32,000 bases of DNA from Candidatus Korarchaeum cryptofilum OPF8 (GCF_000019605.1 NC_010482.1:210001-242000); one strand, 5' to 3'. Shown: positions 1 to 7,953, counted from the stretch's first letter. Made by a program: numbers and translations. Notes: generated from the letters alone by a model not told the origin.

Positions 1-579
1 GAGAGGCTTTACCTTCCCAGCCATCCTCAACTCAGGAACGGGCTCCGTCACTGAGTCATATTGATATAGGAGGTAATCTAAGGAGTGCTTTATCAGATTG
101 TTCAAGCCGAAGTACGCCATGTCATCCAGGTTATGACCAGTGGCGACGTAATCGTATCCCCTCTCGACCGCGTATCTATTCAGTAAGTACCTATTGACGA
201 CCCCGCAAACGAAGCAAGCGAGCTTGGGATCTCTGGGGATCTCTATCCCCCAATCCCTCAAGCTCAGGACCTCCCCTTCGAAGCCCAGCATATCCTTCAG
301 CTCATTGAAGACTCTCAAGCACTCATCCGAACCCGTATCTATCATTACGGCCCCTATCCTGAATCCATATTTCTCCTTGAGGAGGTCTGTTGAGTGTATC
401 GCAGCAATAGAGTCCTTCCCACCGGATATCCCGAATAAAAGAGAACTGCCTCTCCTGACCCTCCTAAGCACTCTATCGACTCTCTTAAGGAAATATCTCT
501 CGAAATGCTCCTCGCAGACCCAGGAGCCAAGATTTTCCACGTATATCTCTGCCTCCTTATTGCAGTAAGCACATCTCAT
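1..579 (-). CDS. PP-loop ATPase, TtuA/Ncs6-like tRNA 2-thiolation enzyme (N-terminal 193 codons; gene continues past the left edge)
   Basis: I translated the minus strand by hand from the ATG (rc of 577-579). It stays open to position 1, so it is missing from the ORF track because no stop lies in the window. Sequence: MRCAYCNKEAEIYVENLGSWVCEEHF...FGISGGKDSIAA...CFVCG...ATGHNLDD. Motifs: CxxC..CxxH zinc finger, SGGKDS PP-loop, CxxC Fe-S cysteines. Confidence 0.8.
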   Translation of the reverse strand, partial: MRCAYCNKEAEIYVENLGSWVCEEHFERYFLKRVDRVLRRVRRGSSLLFGISGGKDSIAAIHSTDLLKEKYGFRIGAVMIDTGSDECLRVFNELKDMLGFEGEVLSLRDWGIEIPRDPKLACFVCGVVNRYLLNRYAVERGYDYVATGHNLDDMAYFGLNNLIKHSLDYLLYQYDSVTEPVPELRMAGKVKPL

Positions 580-610
580 TTCCTTTCCCTCTTTTCAGGA
601 TTCCGGACGA

Positions 611-648
611 CATAAATTTATAGGGGGACCCCCTTTAACTTTATATAA
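611..648. promoter_or_regulatory. Divergent promoter region with a TATA-like element toward the PP-loop gene, a central palindrome, and TTTATATA toward the tRNA
   Basis: TTTATATA at 640-647 is centred about 26 nt upstream of tRNA position +1 (670). On the minus strand, TATAAATTT (rc of 613-622) lies about 38 nt upstream of the ATG at 579. AGGGGGACCCCCT (622-634) is a perfect 6+1+6 palindrome between them. Confidence 0.45.
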
Positions 649-669
649 TCTCCACGCGGGATCTGATGA

Positions 670-805
670 GGGGCCGTGGCCCAGCCTGGCGTCCCCCTAT
701 GATATAGGGGTCATGCCCTGGAAAGGTAGGGCGGCGGGCTCCAGTCCCTGGAGCATTGAGGGGGACACCCGTAAGACGTGGGTTCGAGTCCCACCGGCCC
801 CACCA
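670..805 (+). tRNA. tRNA-Trp: tRNA-Trp (anticodon CCA) with two introns and a genomically encoded CCA
   Basis: Hand-folded. Acceptor stem GGGGCCG (670-676) pairs with CGGCCCC (795-801), followed by A802 and CCA 803-805. T arm is GTGGG-TTCGAGT-CCCAC (778-794). Anticodon stem GCGGG (734-738) pairs with CCCGT (768-772), and the loop CTCCAG|A has CCA at 741-743. D stem GCCC (679-682) pairs with GGGC (729-732). A canonical 77-nt cloverleaf requires removing about 37 nt from the D-loop (about 690-726) and 22 nt at position 37/38 (745-766). Confidence 0.9.
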
Positions 806-819
806 CCCCATGAGGGGGA

Positions 820-2265
820 GTGGTTCCGACGAACATCGCTGTCATAAAGTCGAGAGACCCCAGAGTGAGGGAAGCGATCAGGTATACTTTGAACTCTCTC
901 GGGCTCTTCTGGGAGGAGGTGCATGAGCCCGACCCGATAAAGCACATGGTCTCAATATTCCCGGAGGAATCAGAATTTGTACCGGTCGTTACGCCCTCTA
1001 TATTCATAGGGAGTACGGCATTAGCTTATTTCGGTGGAGATAAGGTTGAGGGTAAGAGATCTCCCCCAATGCCCTCCGGATTTCTTGAGTTAAATAAGGA
1101 GAAGTCTCCTTTCTTCGGATCAAAATACAGTTTCGATTGTGAGAGGCTTTCGAGGACCAATCCGATCTTCAGGAAGGATGGGAGTATATTGGTAGGTTAC
1201 GATCTCTTCAAGACCGTAGCTTACTTCTTGATGGGAGCTGAACTATCTCTGGGGATGAAGCAAGTGAAGACCCCGGACAATAGGATAAATCTGGCAGCGA
1301 TATCTGAGATAAGGGGAGTTGAAGCAAGGGTACCTGCGGCTGATCTTCATGCTAGGCTCCTCCTCAGCCTCATACTCATGCTCCATAAGTCTGAAGGCCT
1401 TCCCCTAGTGCTCAAGAGGGCATCCCCTCCCGGGAGGAGAGGGGCTTTAGCTATCTCAGTGCCCGTTCAGAGGATAGGGAGGAGCAGATCCCTCATAGGG
1501 AAGCTCAAAAATCTCCTGAGAAAGAGGGAGATTTGGATAGAAAAAATAAGCAAAATACAAGAATCTATAACATTTTTTGCAGGAAGGGGTGAGGATTACA
1601 GTCCATCTGGCATAGGGGAGAGCCTGCTCGCTCTGGAGGAGAACGGTCATGAAGTGGGCCTTCTAGCATCCCCTAAAGCATCTGTGAGTCATGAAGCCAT
1701 ACTAGATGAGTATAGGGAACTAGCTGAGATCTTGAAGAGGGGGGATCTCGGAATAAGGTTCAGGAGCATTGAATCGACGATAAATGAAGCTTTTGAATCG
1801 GCTATGTTCGTTAAGGCCAAATATACGATAGTTGGTGAGATATATCAGGGCTTCGGATATCCCCTGGGGGTCTCGAGGCCCCTCAAGGTAGGATCCATTT
1901 GGAGCATCCCCACCTTGGGGAGGGTGAGGAGGGAGAGGGCAGCTGATGTCATGGAGGAAATAGCTAAGAGGGGGAGCTTCGTCAGCTTGGATGCTATGAC
2001 TGAGCTGAGTGTCTTAACAGCGATAAATGAGGCCTTAAAGAGGGAGATATGGATCACAACTCCCTCTAAGATGATAGAGAGGCTTGAAGGAGTTTATAAC
2101 GTTAGGGGGACGTTCAGATACGATAGGAGATATTTAGAGGGGAAGATAACTTCCCAAACGCCGCTAGATGTCCAGATATTGGTCATACCCCCTGACGGTA
2201 AGGAGACAGTTTTAGAGCTGAATTTAGAGGAGAACAAGCCCCATCAAATTAATCTGAGAATTTAG
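820..2265 (+). CDS. Hypothetical protein, 481 aa, with a weak degenerate polysaccharide-deacetylase (NodB)-like region
   Basis: Long ORF with codon usage typical of the window. The start is GTG at 820; there is no in-frame ATG before residue 43. The segment ...LEENGHEVGLLASPKASVSHE...LGIRF resembles NodB motifs 2-3, but the catalytic TFDDG-type motif is absent (ISVPVQ). Confidence 0.6.
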   Translation: MVPTNIAVIKSRDPRVREAIRYTLNSLGLFWEEVHEPDPIKHMVSIFPEESEFVPVVTPSIFIGSTALAYFGGDKVEGKRSPPMPSGFLELNKEKSPFFGSKYSFDCERLSRTNPIFRKDGSILVGYDLFKTVAYFLMGAELSLGMKQVKTPDNRINLAAISEIRGVEARVPAADLHARLLLSLILMLHKSEGLPLVLKRASPPGRRGALAISVPVQRIGRSRSLIGKLKNLLRKREIWIEKISKIQESITFFAGRGEDYSPSGIGESLLALEENGHEVGLLASPKASVSHEAILDEYRELAEILKRGDLGIRFRSIESTINEAFESAMFVKAKYTIVGEIYQGFGYPLGVSRPLKVGSIWSIPTLGRVRRERAADVMEEIAKRGSFVSLDAMTELSVLTAINEALKREIWITTPSKMIERLEGVYNVRGTFRYDRRYLEGKITSQTPLDVQILVIPPDGKETVLELNLEENKPHQINLRI

Positions 2266-3133
2266 CGCTTTTGGAGAGAGAATGAGCGAGTTTCAAAGGG
2301 AAAGGCTGATTTCCTTCCTTCCAGAATTTTAAAGATGCTTTTAAAGCTGATTCTAGGTCCGATAGATGCCCCGGAGATATGAAGCCGCCTCTGTGCAGAG
2401 CAGCGGAATTCCTGCCCATGAACTTAACGTAGCCCCCTTCTACCTCCCCTACTAGTTTAGATTTCGCCACCCCTATGGACGGCTTTCCCAAGAGCAGGCC
2501 CAGGTGGGAGGCCTCCCCCAGGCCCCTGGGATGGAGCACACCATGACCATCCACGAATATCGCATCGAAATCGCACTTCATGGATACGGGTAGCATCCCC
2601 CTCAATTCCCTGAAAGCTAGGTAAGTCGGTACGTAAGGTATTTGGGGCGAGAACCTCTCGAACCTCACCTCTATAATTTTCAGCTCCTCATCGACAGTCA
2701 CGCAACAGGCCACAGCTCTATCGTCAATGTAACTCACATCAACTCCAGCAGCCACGCTAACATCTCCAAGCTCACTCAGGATCAGCTTCTCTGAGAGCTT
2801 CACCTGGTCTGATGCCATCACCTTGAAGATGGGCCATACATCTAATTCTCTGAAGAAATTCCCCATCTTCGCTCTCTCGATACCTCCTTCCTCCCTCAGC
2901 TTCTCCTCAGCCCCCGGTATGGGCTCGAGCTTGGATGAGACTACCCTCCACCATGGAATATCTGGATCCATTTTGGAGAGCCTCATGCATTCATTTCTGA
3001 CGGCTAGAGCAGCTCTCCCATCCCCCAGGGCCTCAGCTATTATCTTAAAGGTGGTGACCTCCCCGTAAGGTACCTGCTCTAAGGCTTCCCTCAGTATCCT
3101 CTGGAAGACGGTCAGACCCCTCCGGCCTCCCAT
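2249..3133 (-). CDS. nfi: Alkyltransferase-like (ATL, Cys-less MGMT DNA-binding domain) fused to endonuclease V
   Basis: The N-terminal ~95 aa (FQRILREALEQVPYGEVTTFKIIAEALG...AVRNEC...IPWWRVV) align with the MGMT C-terminal domain, with PCHR replaced by PWWR. The C-terminal part has EndoV motifs: GVDVSY, YLAFRE, FVDGHGVLHPRGLGEASHLG, GVAKS. Confidence 0.85.
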   Translation of the reverse strand: MGGRRGLTVFQRILREALEQVPYGEVTTFKIIAEALGDGRAALAVRNECMRLSKMDPDIPWWRVVSSKLEPIPGAEEKLREEGGIERAKMGNFFRELDVWPIFKVMASDQVKLSEKLILSELGDVSVAAGVDVSYIDDRAVACCVTVDEELKIIEVRFERFSPQIPYVPTYLAFRELRGMLPVSMKCDFDAIFVDGHGVLHPRGLGEASHLGLLLGKPSIGVAKSKLVGEVEGGYVKFMGRNSAALHRGGFISPGHLSDLESALKASLKFWKEGNQPFPLKLAHSLSKSAKFSD

Positions 3134-3153
3134 GCCCCAGTGATTGAGGCAAC

Positions 3154-3163
3154 ATAATTATAT
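3154..3163. promoter_or_regulatory. Single quasi-palindromic TATA element shared by divergent nfi-fusion and argS
   Basis: ATAATTATAT is centred at about 3158.5, which is 25.5 nt from the minus-strand ATG (3133) and 27.5 nt from the plus-strand ATG (3186). The whole intergenic region is only 52 nt. Confidence 0.45.
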
Positions 3164-3185
3164 TCTCTGATCCCAGGGTGGATCG

Positions 3186-5084
3186 ATGATCAAGGATCCG
3201 CTCGGTGCAGTTAAGTCGACATTCGCCGAGGAAGTGAATAGGGTACTCAGAGATTTAGGATCCGCGACCCGCTTCTCCCCAATTCAGGTATCGAGAGTCC
3301 GTAAGGACTACGCGAGTTACGGTCTTCCAGTGGGTTTCAAGGTAGCGAAGGACCTGAACTTGGATCCTGAGAGAGCTGCTAAAACTGTCCTAGATAGGAT
3401 TGACATGAGCAGGATAGCTTACTCCTCGGACGCTTACGCTGAGAGCGGTTACTTGAACTTGAGGATCGATAAAGCGAGGTTCTTCAGGGATATATTGAAA
3501 CTAGCATCGAGCGAGGAGCTGGGGAGAGGGGAGAGGAAAGGAGTCGTGGGAATGGTAGAGCACACTAGCGCTAACCCGGTTCATCCTCTTCACGTGGGGA
3601 GCGGGAGGAACGCTGTTATAGGTGACTCCTTCTCTAGGATACTCAACTTCCTGGGGTGGGATGTGAGGAGGCATTACTTAGTCAACGATTGCAACTTACA
3701 GGTGGCTATACTAGCTGCTGGAAGATCTAAAGTGAGGGATCTGATCCCTAAAGGGAAAGTGGATCACTGGTTCGGTCTCATATATGCTATTTCAAATGCA
3801 TTTCTGGAGATCTGGAGGATAAAGAATGGATTTAACTCGGAATCCAAGATAGAGGAGTGGAGTGAGGTAGTTGAGCGTATAGGGAGGATGGAGCCGGAGC
3901 TCCTGAGGATAGGGGAACTTAGCGAGGAGGAAGTTATGTCCCTCCTCAGGGAGTATCAGAGGAAGGAAGGGGGCTCCGTTCAGATGTTCAGGGAGATAAC
4001 TGAGTCCGTACTTAGGGGTTTCGTTGAGACTTTGGAGAGGATGGGCATAACTTACGATAGCTTCGATCGCGAGAGCGAGTTGATATGGGATGGGTGGGTC
4101 GATAGAGCTATTGAGAAGCTCGAGAGCTCGGGTTATCTGAAAAGAGAGGGAAAAGCCGCTTATGTAGACCTCTGGGAGGCAGCTAAAGGGGATGAAAATG
4201 TGAGGAAAGTGTTCGAATTGAGCGAGGATGATATCTCCAAGCTTGAGAGGGAAGGGAAGCTGGGGGAGGTGATACCTCGTAAGTTCTATCTCACGAGATC
4301 CGATGGGACCTGGCTTTATACGGGGACTGACGTAGCTTACTCCTTATACAAATTCGACGGATTGGGCGTGAGCTTCTGTTATAACGTAATCGCTTCGGAG
4401 CAGAACATGGAGCAGAAAGGTGTGAGAGCATGCCTCGCTCTGATGGGTCACGATCCGGGCAAGCTGATACACCTCTCCTACGAGATGGTCAACTTAGTGG
4501 GGGCAGCGATGTCGGGGAGGAGGGGCCTATACATCACACTGGATGAAGTTCTAGATGAAGCTAAGAGGAGGGTTGAGGCGATATTGAAGGAGAGGGGGAT
4601 ATATGATGAGGAGATATGCGAGAAGGTCGCTATAGGTGCCCTAAAATATGGATTGATCAGCGTATCCCCGAATAAAGTGGTCCAGTTCAGGTGGGAGAGA
4701 GTGCTGAATTTAGAGGAGAACAGCGGACCCTTCATACAGTATGCATACACTAGGGCATTGAACATAATCAAGAAAGCTCAGGGAGTGCCGGAGGATTTCG
4801 ATCCCAATGAGCTGAAGAGCGATGCTGAGATCACGATTGTTCAAATGATATCCGAGTTCCCAGAGAGGGTATGGAGCGCCTTCAATCTCATGAGGCCCGA
4901 TATAATAGCTTCATATGCTAATGAGCTCGCCTCCCAATTCAATAAGTTCTACGAAGATCACCCTGTGTTGAGCGCTGCGAGGCCCGAGGAGAGGGCAGCG
5001 AGGCTCAATTTAGTCAACGCTGTCAAAGGAACTTTGGGCCTGGCGATGGACTTAATCGGAATCCCCAGGCTTGAGAGAATGTGA
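3186..5084 (+). CDS. argS: Arginyl-tRNA synthetase
   Basis: 632 aa. Class I HIGH region HTSANPVHPLHVGSGRNAVIGD, KMSK-like MSGRRG, and a C-terminal anticodon-binding helical domain (YANELASQFNKFYEDHPVL). Confidence 0.95.
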   Translation: MIKDPLGAVKSTFAEEVNRVLRDLGSATRFSPIQVSRVRKDYASYGLPVGFKVAKDLNLDPERAAKTVLDRIDMSRIAYSSDAYAESGYLNLRIDKARFFRDILKLASSEELGRGERKGVVGMVEHTSANPVHPLHVGSGRNAVIGDSFSRILNFLGWDVRRHYLVNDCNLQVAILAAGRSKVRDLIPKGKVDHWFGLIYAISNAFLEIWRIKNGFNSESKIEEWSEVVERIGRMEPELLRIGELSEEEVMSLLREYQRKEGGSVQMFREITESVLRGFVETLERMGITYDSFDRESELIWDGWVDRAIEKLESSGYLKREGKAAYVDLWEAAKGDENVRKVFELSEDDISKLEREGKLGEVIPRKFYLTRSDGTWLYTGTDVAYSLYKFDGLGVSFCYNVIASEQNMEQKGVRACLALMGHDPGKLIHLSYEMVNLVGAAMSGRRGLYITLDEVLDEAKRRVEAILKERGIYDEEICEKVAIGALKYGLISVSPNKVVQFRWERVLNLEENSGPFIQYAYTRALNIIKKAQGVPEDFDPNELKSDAEITIVQMISEFPERVWSAFNLMRPDIIASYANELASQFNKFYEDHPVLSAARPEERAARLNLVNAVKGTLGLAMDLIGIPRLERM

Positions 5085-5723
5085 GAAATCGCAGATATCC
5101 CTCAAAGGGCACTCCCCGCACCTCGGGTTCCTCGGCCTACAATATTCCCTTCCCAGCTTTATTAAAAGTAAATGAGCCCTCAAATAATCCTTTTTGTCGA
5201 AAATATTCATGAGGGCTCTCCTAGTAGCCTCATAGCTTCCGTCAGATATCCCCAGCCTTGATGAGACCCTCGCTATATGCCTGTCCACGCCTATCGTCTC
5301 CCTCCCCATCAAGCTGAGGAGCACATCAGCCGTTTTGGGTCCTATTCCGGGGATCTCGAGGAGCCTATCCCTAGCCTCTTCAGTCTCAAGGCTCAATATC
5401 TCCTCCAAGGCTCCTCCAGATAGCCTCTCAGCTATCAGCTTCAGGTACTTGGCCTTCTGCTTGTGCAAGCCAGCGGGCCTTATTAGCTCCTCGAGCTCCT
5501 CATCGCTCAACTCCATAATCTTCTCCGGAGTTAGATATCCCAGCCTCTCCTTCAGGTTCTTCATGGCTCTCATAGTATTCCTATCGTTGGTATTCTGAGA
5601 TATCACTGTGGCAACTAGGGTCTCGAATGGGTTAGAGGACCTAGAGGCCACTAAAGAAGCATATTCATCCTCCCTGAAATCTAGAAAGGAGAGTCTCTTC
5701 AATATCTCCTTACCATCCTTCAC
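5052..5723 (-). CDS. nth: Endonuclease III (HhH-GPD DNA glycosylase/AP lyase with a 4Fe-4S cluster)
   Basis: Motifs: NPFETLVATVISQNT, HhH LLEIPGIGPKTADVLL, VDRHIARV, and the Cys cluster CRPRNPRCGECPLRDIC. The start is GTG at 5723, overlapping the upstream stop as GTGA. Confidence 0.9.
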   Translation of the reverse strand: MKDGKEILKRLSFLDFREDEYASLVASRSSNPFETLVATVISQNTNDRNTMRAMKNLKERLGYLTPEKIMELSDEELEELIRPAGLHKQKAKYLKLIAERLSGGALEEILSLETEEARDRLLEIPGIGPKTADVLLSLMGRETIGVDRHIARVSSRLGISDGSYEATRRALMNIFDKKDYLRAHLLLIKLGREYCRPRNPRCGECPLRDICDFSHSLKPGDSD

Positions 5724-6100
5724 TTCAACTCCTCCTTGAGCTTCGCCGAGAACTTCTCCTTATTCACGATGAACCTCTCGTGAGAGCCCTCACCCAACAG
5801 CTTATCCCCCCAGTGAGCCGATACCCTGAAGACGAGCTTCCTCCCCTCTACTGAGATGAGCTCGGAGGTGACGGATACAATGGCACCAATTGGCGCTGGT
5901 GCCTTGTGATCGATGCAGACCCTGGTACCAACAGTAGTGCTCCCCTCATCCAGATAAGGTTGGACGAGCTTCATAGAGGCTAGCTCCATCATCGCTATCA
6001 TCCCGGGTGTGGAGAGCACTTGAATGCCCACATGTCCGGTTGAAAACCTCTCCTCGACCTTGAACTCGAAAGTCCCTCTAAGTCCGGGCTCCAATCCCAT
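5720..6100 (-). CDS. Hotdog-fold thioesterase (FlK-like family)
   Basis: 126 aa. The pattern VLSTPGMIAMMELA...TVGTRVCIDHKAPAPIG...GRKLVFRVSA...GEGSHERFIV is typical of small hotdog thioesterases. Confidence 0.7.
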   Translation of the reverse strand: MGLEPGLRGTFEFKVEERFSTGHVGIQVLSTPGMIAMMELASMKLVQPYLDEGSTTVGTRVCIDHKAPAPIGAIVSVTSELISVEGRKLVFRVSAHWGDKLLGEGSHERFIVNKEKFSAKLKEELK

Positions 6101-6159
6101 CTCGATCTCCCCTCTCTATGCCCTACTATCCTTAAAATAGTTCCCGGTATTGAGCTGGG

Positions 6160-6957
6160 ATGGTCTCGGAGGGATCGATTCAGCTGGCATCCCTCCTCGA
6201 GTCACTGATCGGGAGGGACCCCTTGATAGCTAGCTCAATAGCTGGAGCCTTCGTGGCCCTCACTACCAGCTCAGGCGCAGCTATGATCCTCATACTCAGA
6301 AGAGAGAAGCTGAGCTTACACTTCTCGATGGCATTCGCCGCTGGCATAATGCTAGTGGCCAGTTTCACTAGCTTGATACTTCCAGCGATAGAAGCCTCCT
6401 CCTTCCCCACGGTCTCACTAGGGATAATCTCGGGATTCGGAGCTATACTGATAGTGGAGAGGTTGATCCCGCATGAGCACCCGATCTTGGGTTATGAGGG
6501 CCCTGAATCAGCGAGACGCTTGCTCAGGAAAGCCTGGCTGATAGCGATAGCTATTTTGATACATAACTTCCCTGAGGGAATAGCTGTTGGCGTCTCAGTG
6601 GCATACTCAATTCCGCTCGGCATAGCTACAGCTATAGCGATAGGGATTCAGGACATACCGGAGGGCTTCGCTGTGGCGCTTCCCGTCAGCTCCACGGGAG
6701 GGAAGAAGCTTGGCTTCCTCATAGGGGTGCTAAGCGGAGTGAGCGAGCTTCTAATGGCTATAATAGGGACTCTAGTCTTCACGGAACTCAAGGAATTGCT
6801 TCCAATAGGGATGGGCTTCGCTGGAGGTGCTATGCTCTTCATCACACTGAAGGAGGTGATACCGGAGGTATATGGGGAGAATTACTCCACGTTGAAGGCT
6901 ACACTAGGGCTCCTCATAGGATTTATGGTGATGCTCTACCTAGATTCAGCCCTCTAA
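6160..6957 (+). CDS. ZIP-family divalent metal transporter (ZupT-like)
   Basis: 265 aa, polytopic, with the signature HNFPEGIAVG and a second IQDIPEGFAVA helix. Confidence 0.85.
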   Translation: MVSEGSIQLASLLESLIGRDPLIASSIAGAFVALTTSSGAAMILILRREKLSLHFSMAFAAGIMLVASFTSLILPAIEASSFPTVSLGIISGFGAILIVERLIPHEHPILGYEGPESARRLLRKAWLIAIAILIHNFPEGIAVGVSVAYSIPLGIATAIAIGIQDIPEGFAVALPVSSTGGKKLGFLIGVLSGVSELLMAIIGTLVFTELKELLPIGMGFAGGAMLFITLKEVIPEVYGENYSTLKATLGLLIGFMVMLYLDSAL

Positions 6958-7014
6958 TGCTATATCCGAGCTCCTATGATGAAAATCTGGCTGAGTTAAT
7001 TCAGGGGATCGGAG

Positions 7015-7188
7015 CTATTGTGATCTAAAAATGAGCAGAAAATATTTGAATTTACTCTCTCGAAAAATGATCTGATGGTTCAATGCCCGGGGTCTCTCGC
7101 ATCCTAAGCTTTGGTGGATTAGAAGGACTTTCAGGCACATAAAATAAATGAGAAGAGCTACAGAAAAGGGGAGGAAACTCTTTCCCAT
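7015..7188 (-). CDS. Possible 57-aa single-TM micro-protein (below the ORF-track threshold)
   Basis: Hand translation: MGKSFLPFSVALLIYFMCLKVLLIHQSLGCERPRALNHQIIFRESKFKYFLLIFRSQ. Its ATG lies 4 nt after the stop of the upstream membrane-protein gene, and it fills most of an otherwise unexplained 235-nt convergent spacer. Its codon usage is atypical for the window (CGG, CGA, ATT). Confidence 0.25.
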   Translation of the reverse strand: MGKSFLPFSVALLIYFMCLKVLLIHQSLGCERPRALNHQIIFRESKFKYFLLIFRSQ

Positions 7189-7192
7189 GCCT

Positions 7193-7744
7193 CTATTTAC
7201 GATTGCTATAAGCCCTCAAGAACATGCAGATCGGAGGAACTAATATAAGATGCGAGACGAGGAACAGTGGTATGAAGAGGGGTTCAGAGAGCCATCCCTC
7301 AGCGTATCCGAAATAGCTGAATGGGAAAAAGTATATGACGATGTATCCCGCTAGAAGATCCATGATGCCCCTATAGCCCTTCAAGCTATAGTGACGCGGT
7401 CCCATCGCTGAGAAAACTGCGGAAAGGATTATGACCCATGCGAAGGGTTTAGTCAGGTACTCCGCTACGAAGCCCCCCGTATCTTGTAGCAGGAGAATCG
7501 TGTTCACTAGAGCAACGGAAGCATAAGTGAGTAAGCATAAGAACTTAGAGCTCTTTGGTGGAAAATCCTTTCCATAGAAAACCGCAGCCGGAAGTAGTGG
7601 AAAGGTAGAGTAGATGATAGCGGGAAGTTTGTGATCGTAGATACCTAGGACGAATAGGGAGAAGGCCATCAGGAGGATCAAATAATCGACCTTCGACATC
7701 TCATTCCCCCTCAACGATACTTTAAACTTGCACAGAGTCTGCAT
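7193..7744 (-). CDS. Polytopic membrane protein, function unknown (likely true start is ATG at 7699, giving 168 aa)
   Basis: Five to six hydrophobic helices. The internal start MSKVDYLILL... at 7699 is preceded by GAGGGGGAATGAG. The longer form would overlap the micro-ORF at 7711-7836. Confidence 0.6.
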   Translation of the reverse strand: MQTLCKFKVSLRGNEMSKVDYLILLMAFSLFVLGIYDHKLPAIIYSTFPLLPAAVFYGKDFPPKSSKFLCLLTYASVALVNTILLLQDTGGFVAEYLTKPFAWVIILSAVFSAMGPRHYSLKGYRGIMDLLAGYIVIYFFPFSYFGYAEGWLSEPLFIPLFLVSHLILVPPICMFLRAYSNRK

Positions 7745-7836
7745 ATGCTATTATAATCGGGCGATAGCTCGCTCGAGCTGTAGAACGCGGGGATGAGTAT
7801 TAACAGCAGGAGGATGAAAGTTAATATCCTCATCAT
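7711..7836 (-). CDS. Possible 41-aa signal-peptide-like micro-ORF, first cistron of the membrane-protein operon
   Basis: Hand translation: MMRILTFILLLLILIPAFYSSSELSPDYNSICRLCASLKYR. The ATG-ATG at 7836/7833 lies 24-31 nt downstream of a canonical TTTATATA box, which is leaderless geometry. Confidence 0.3.
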   Translation of the reverse strand: MMRILTFILLLLILIPAFYSSSELSPDYNSICRLCASLKYR

Positions 7837-7859
7837 CCCTATTACAGGGGAAGTAAAAA

Positions 7860-7867
7860 TATATAAA
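7860..7867 (-). promoter_or_regulatory. TATA box (TTTATATA on the minus strand)
   Basis: This is the same octamer found upstream of the tRNA (640-647) and hsp20 (16448-16455). It is centred 27.5 nt upstream of the ATG at 7836. Confidence 0.5.
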
Positions 7868-7953
7868 TTTTGAGGGAGACTACGATTTTTTCAAACATAT
7901 CCCATCTATTTAAAAAATGGATGTTCCAGATACAGAGGTTTAGAGCTGAAAAA

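Noticed and set aside
6976-7075. C/D-box sRNA-like elements in the ZIP / membrane-protein spacer: ATGATGA at 6976-6982, CTGA at 6991-6994 and CTGA at 7072-7075.
   Set aside because: The C-to-D' spacing is only 8 nt. There is no convincing C' box and no terminal stem, and the distance to the next CTGA (~90 nt) is too long for an archaeal C/D sRNA. A small ORF on the opposite strand explains most of the spacer at least as well.
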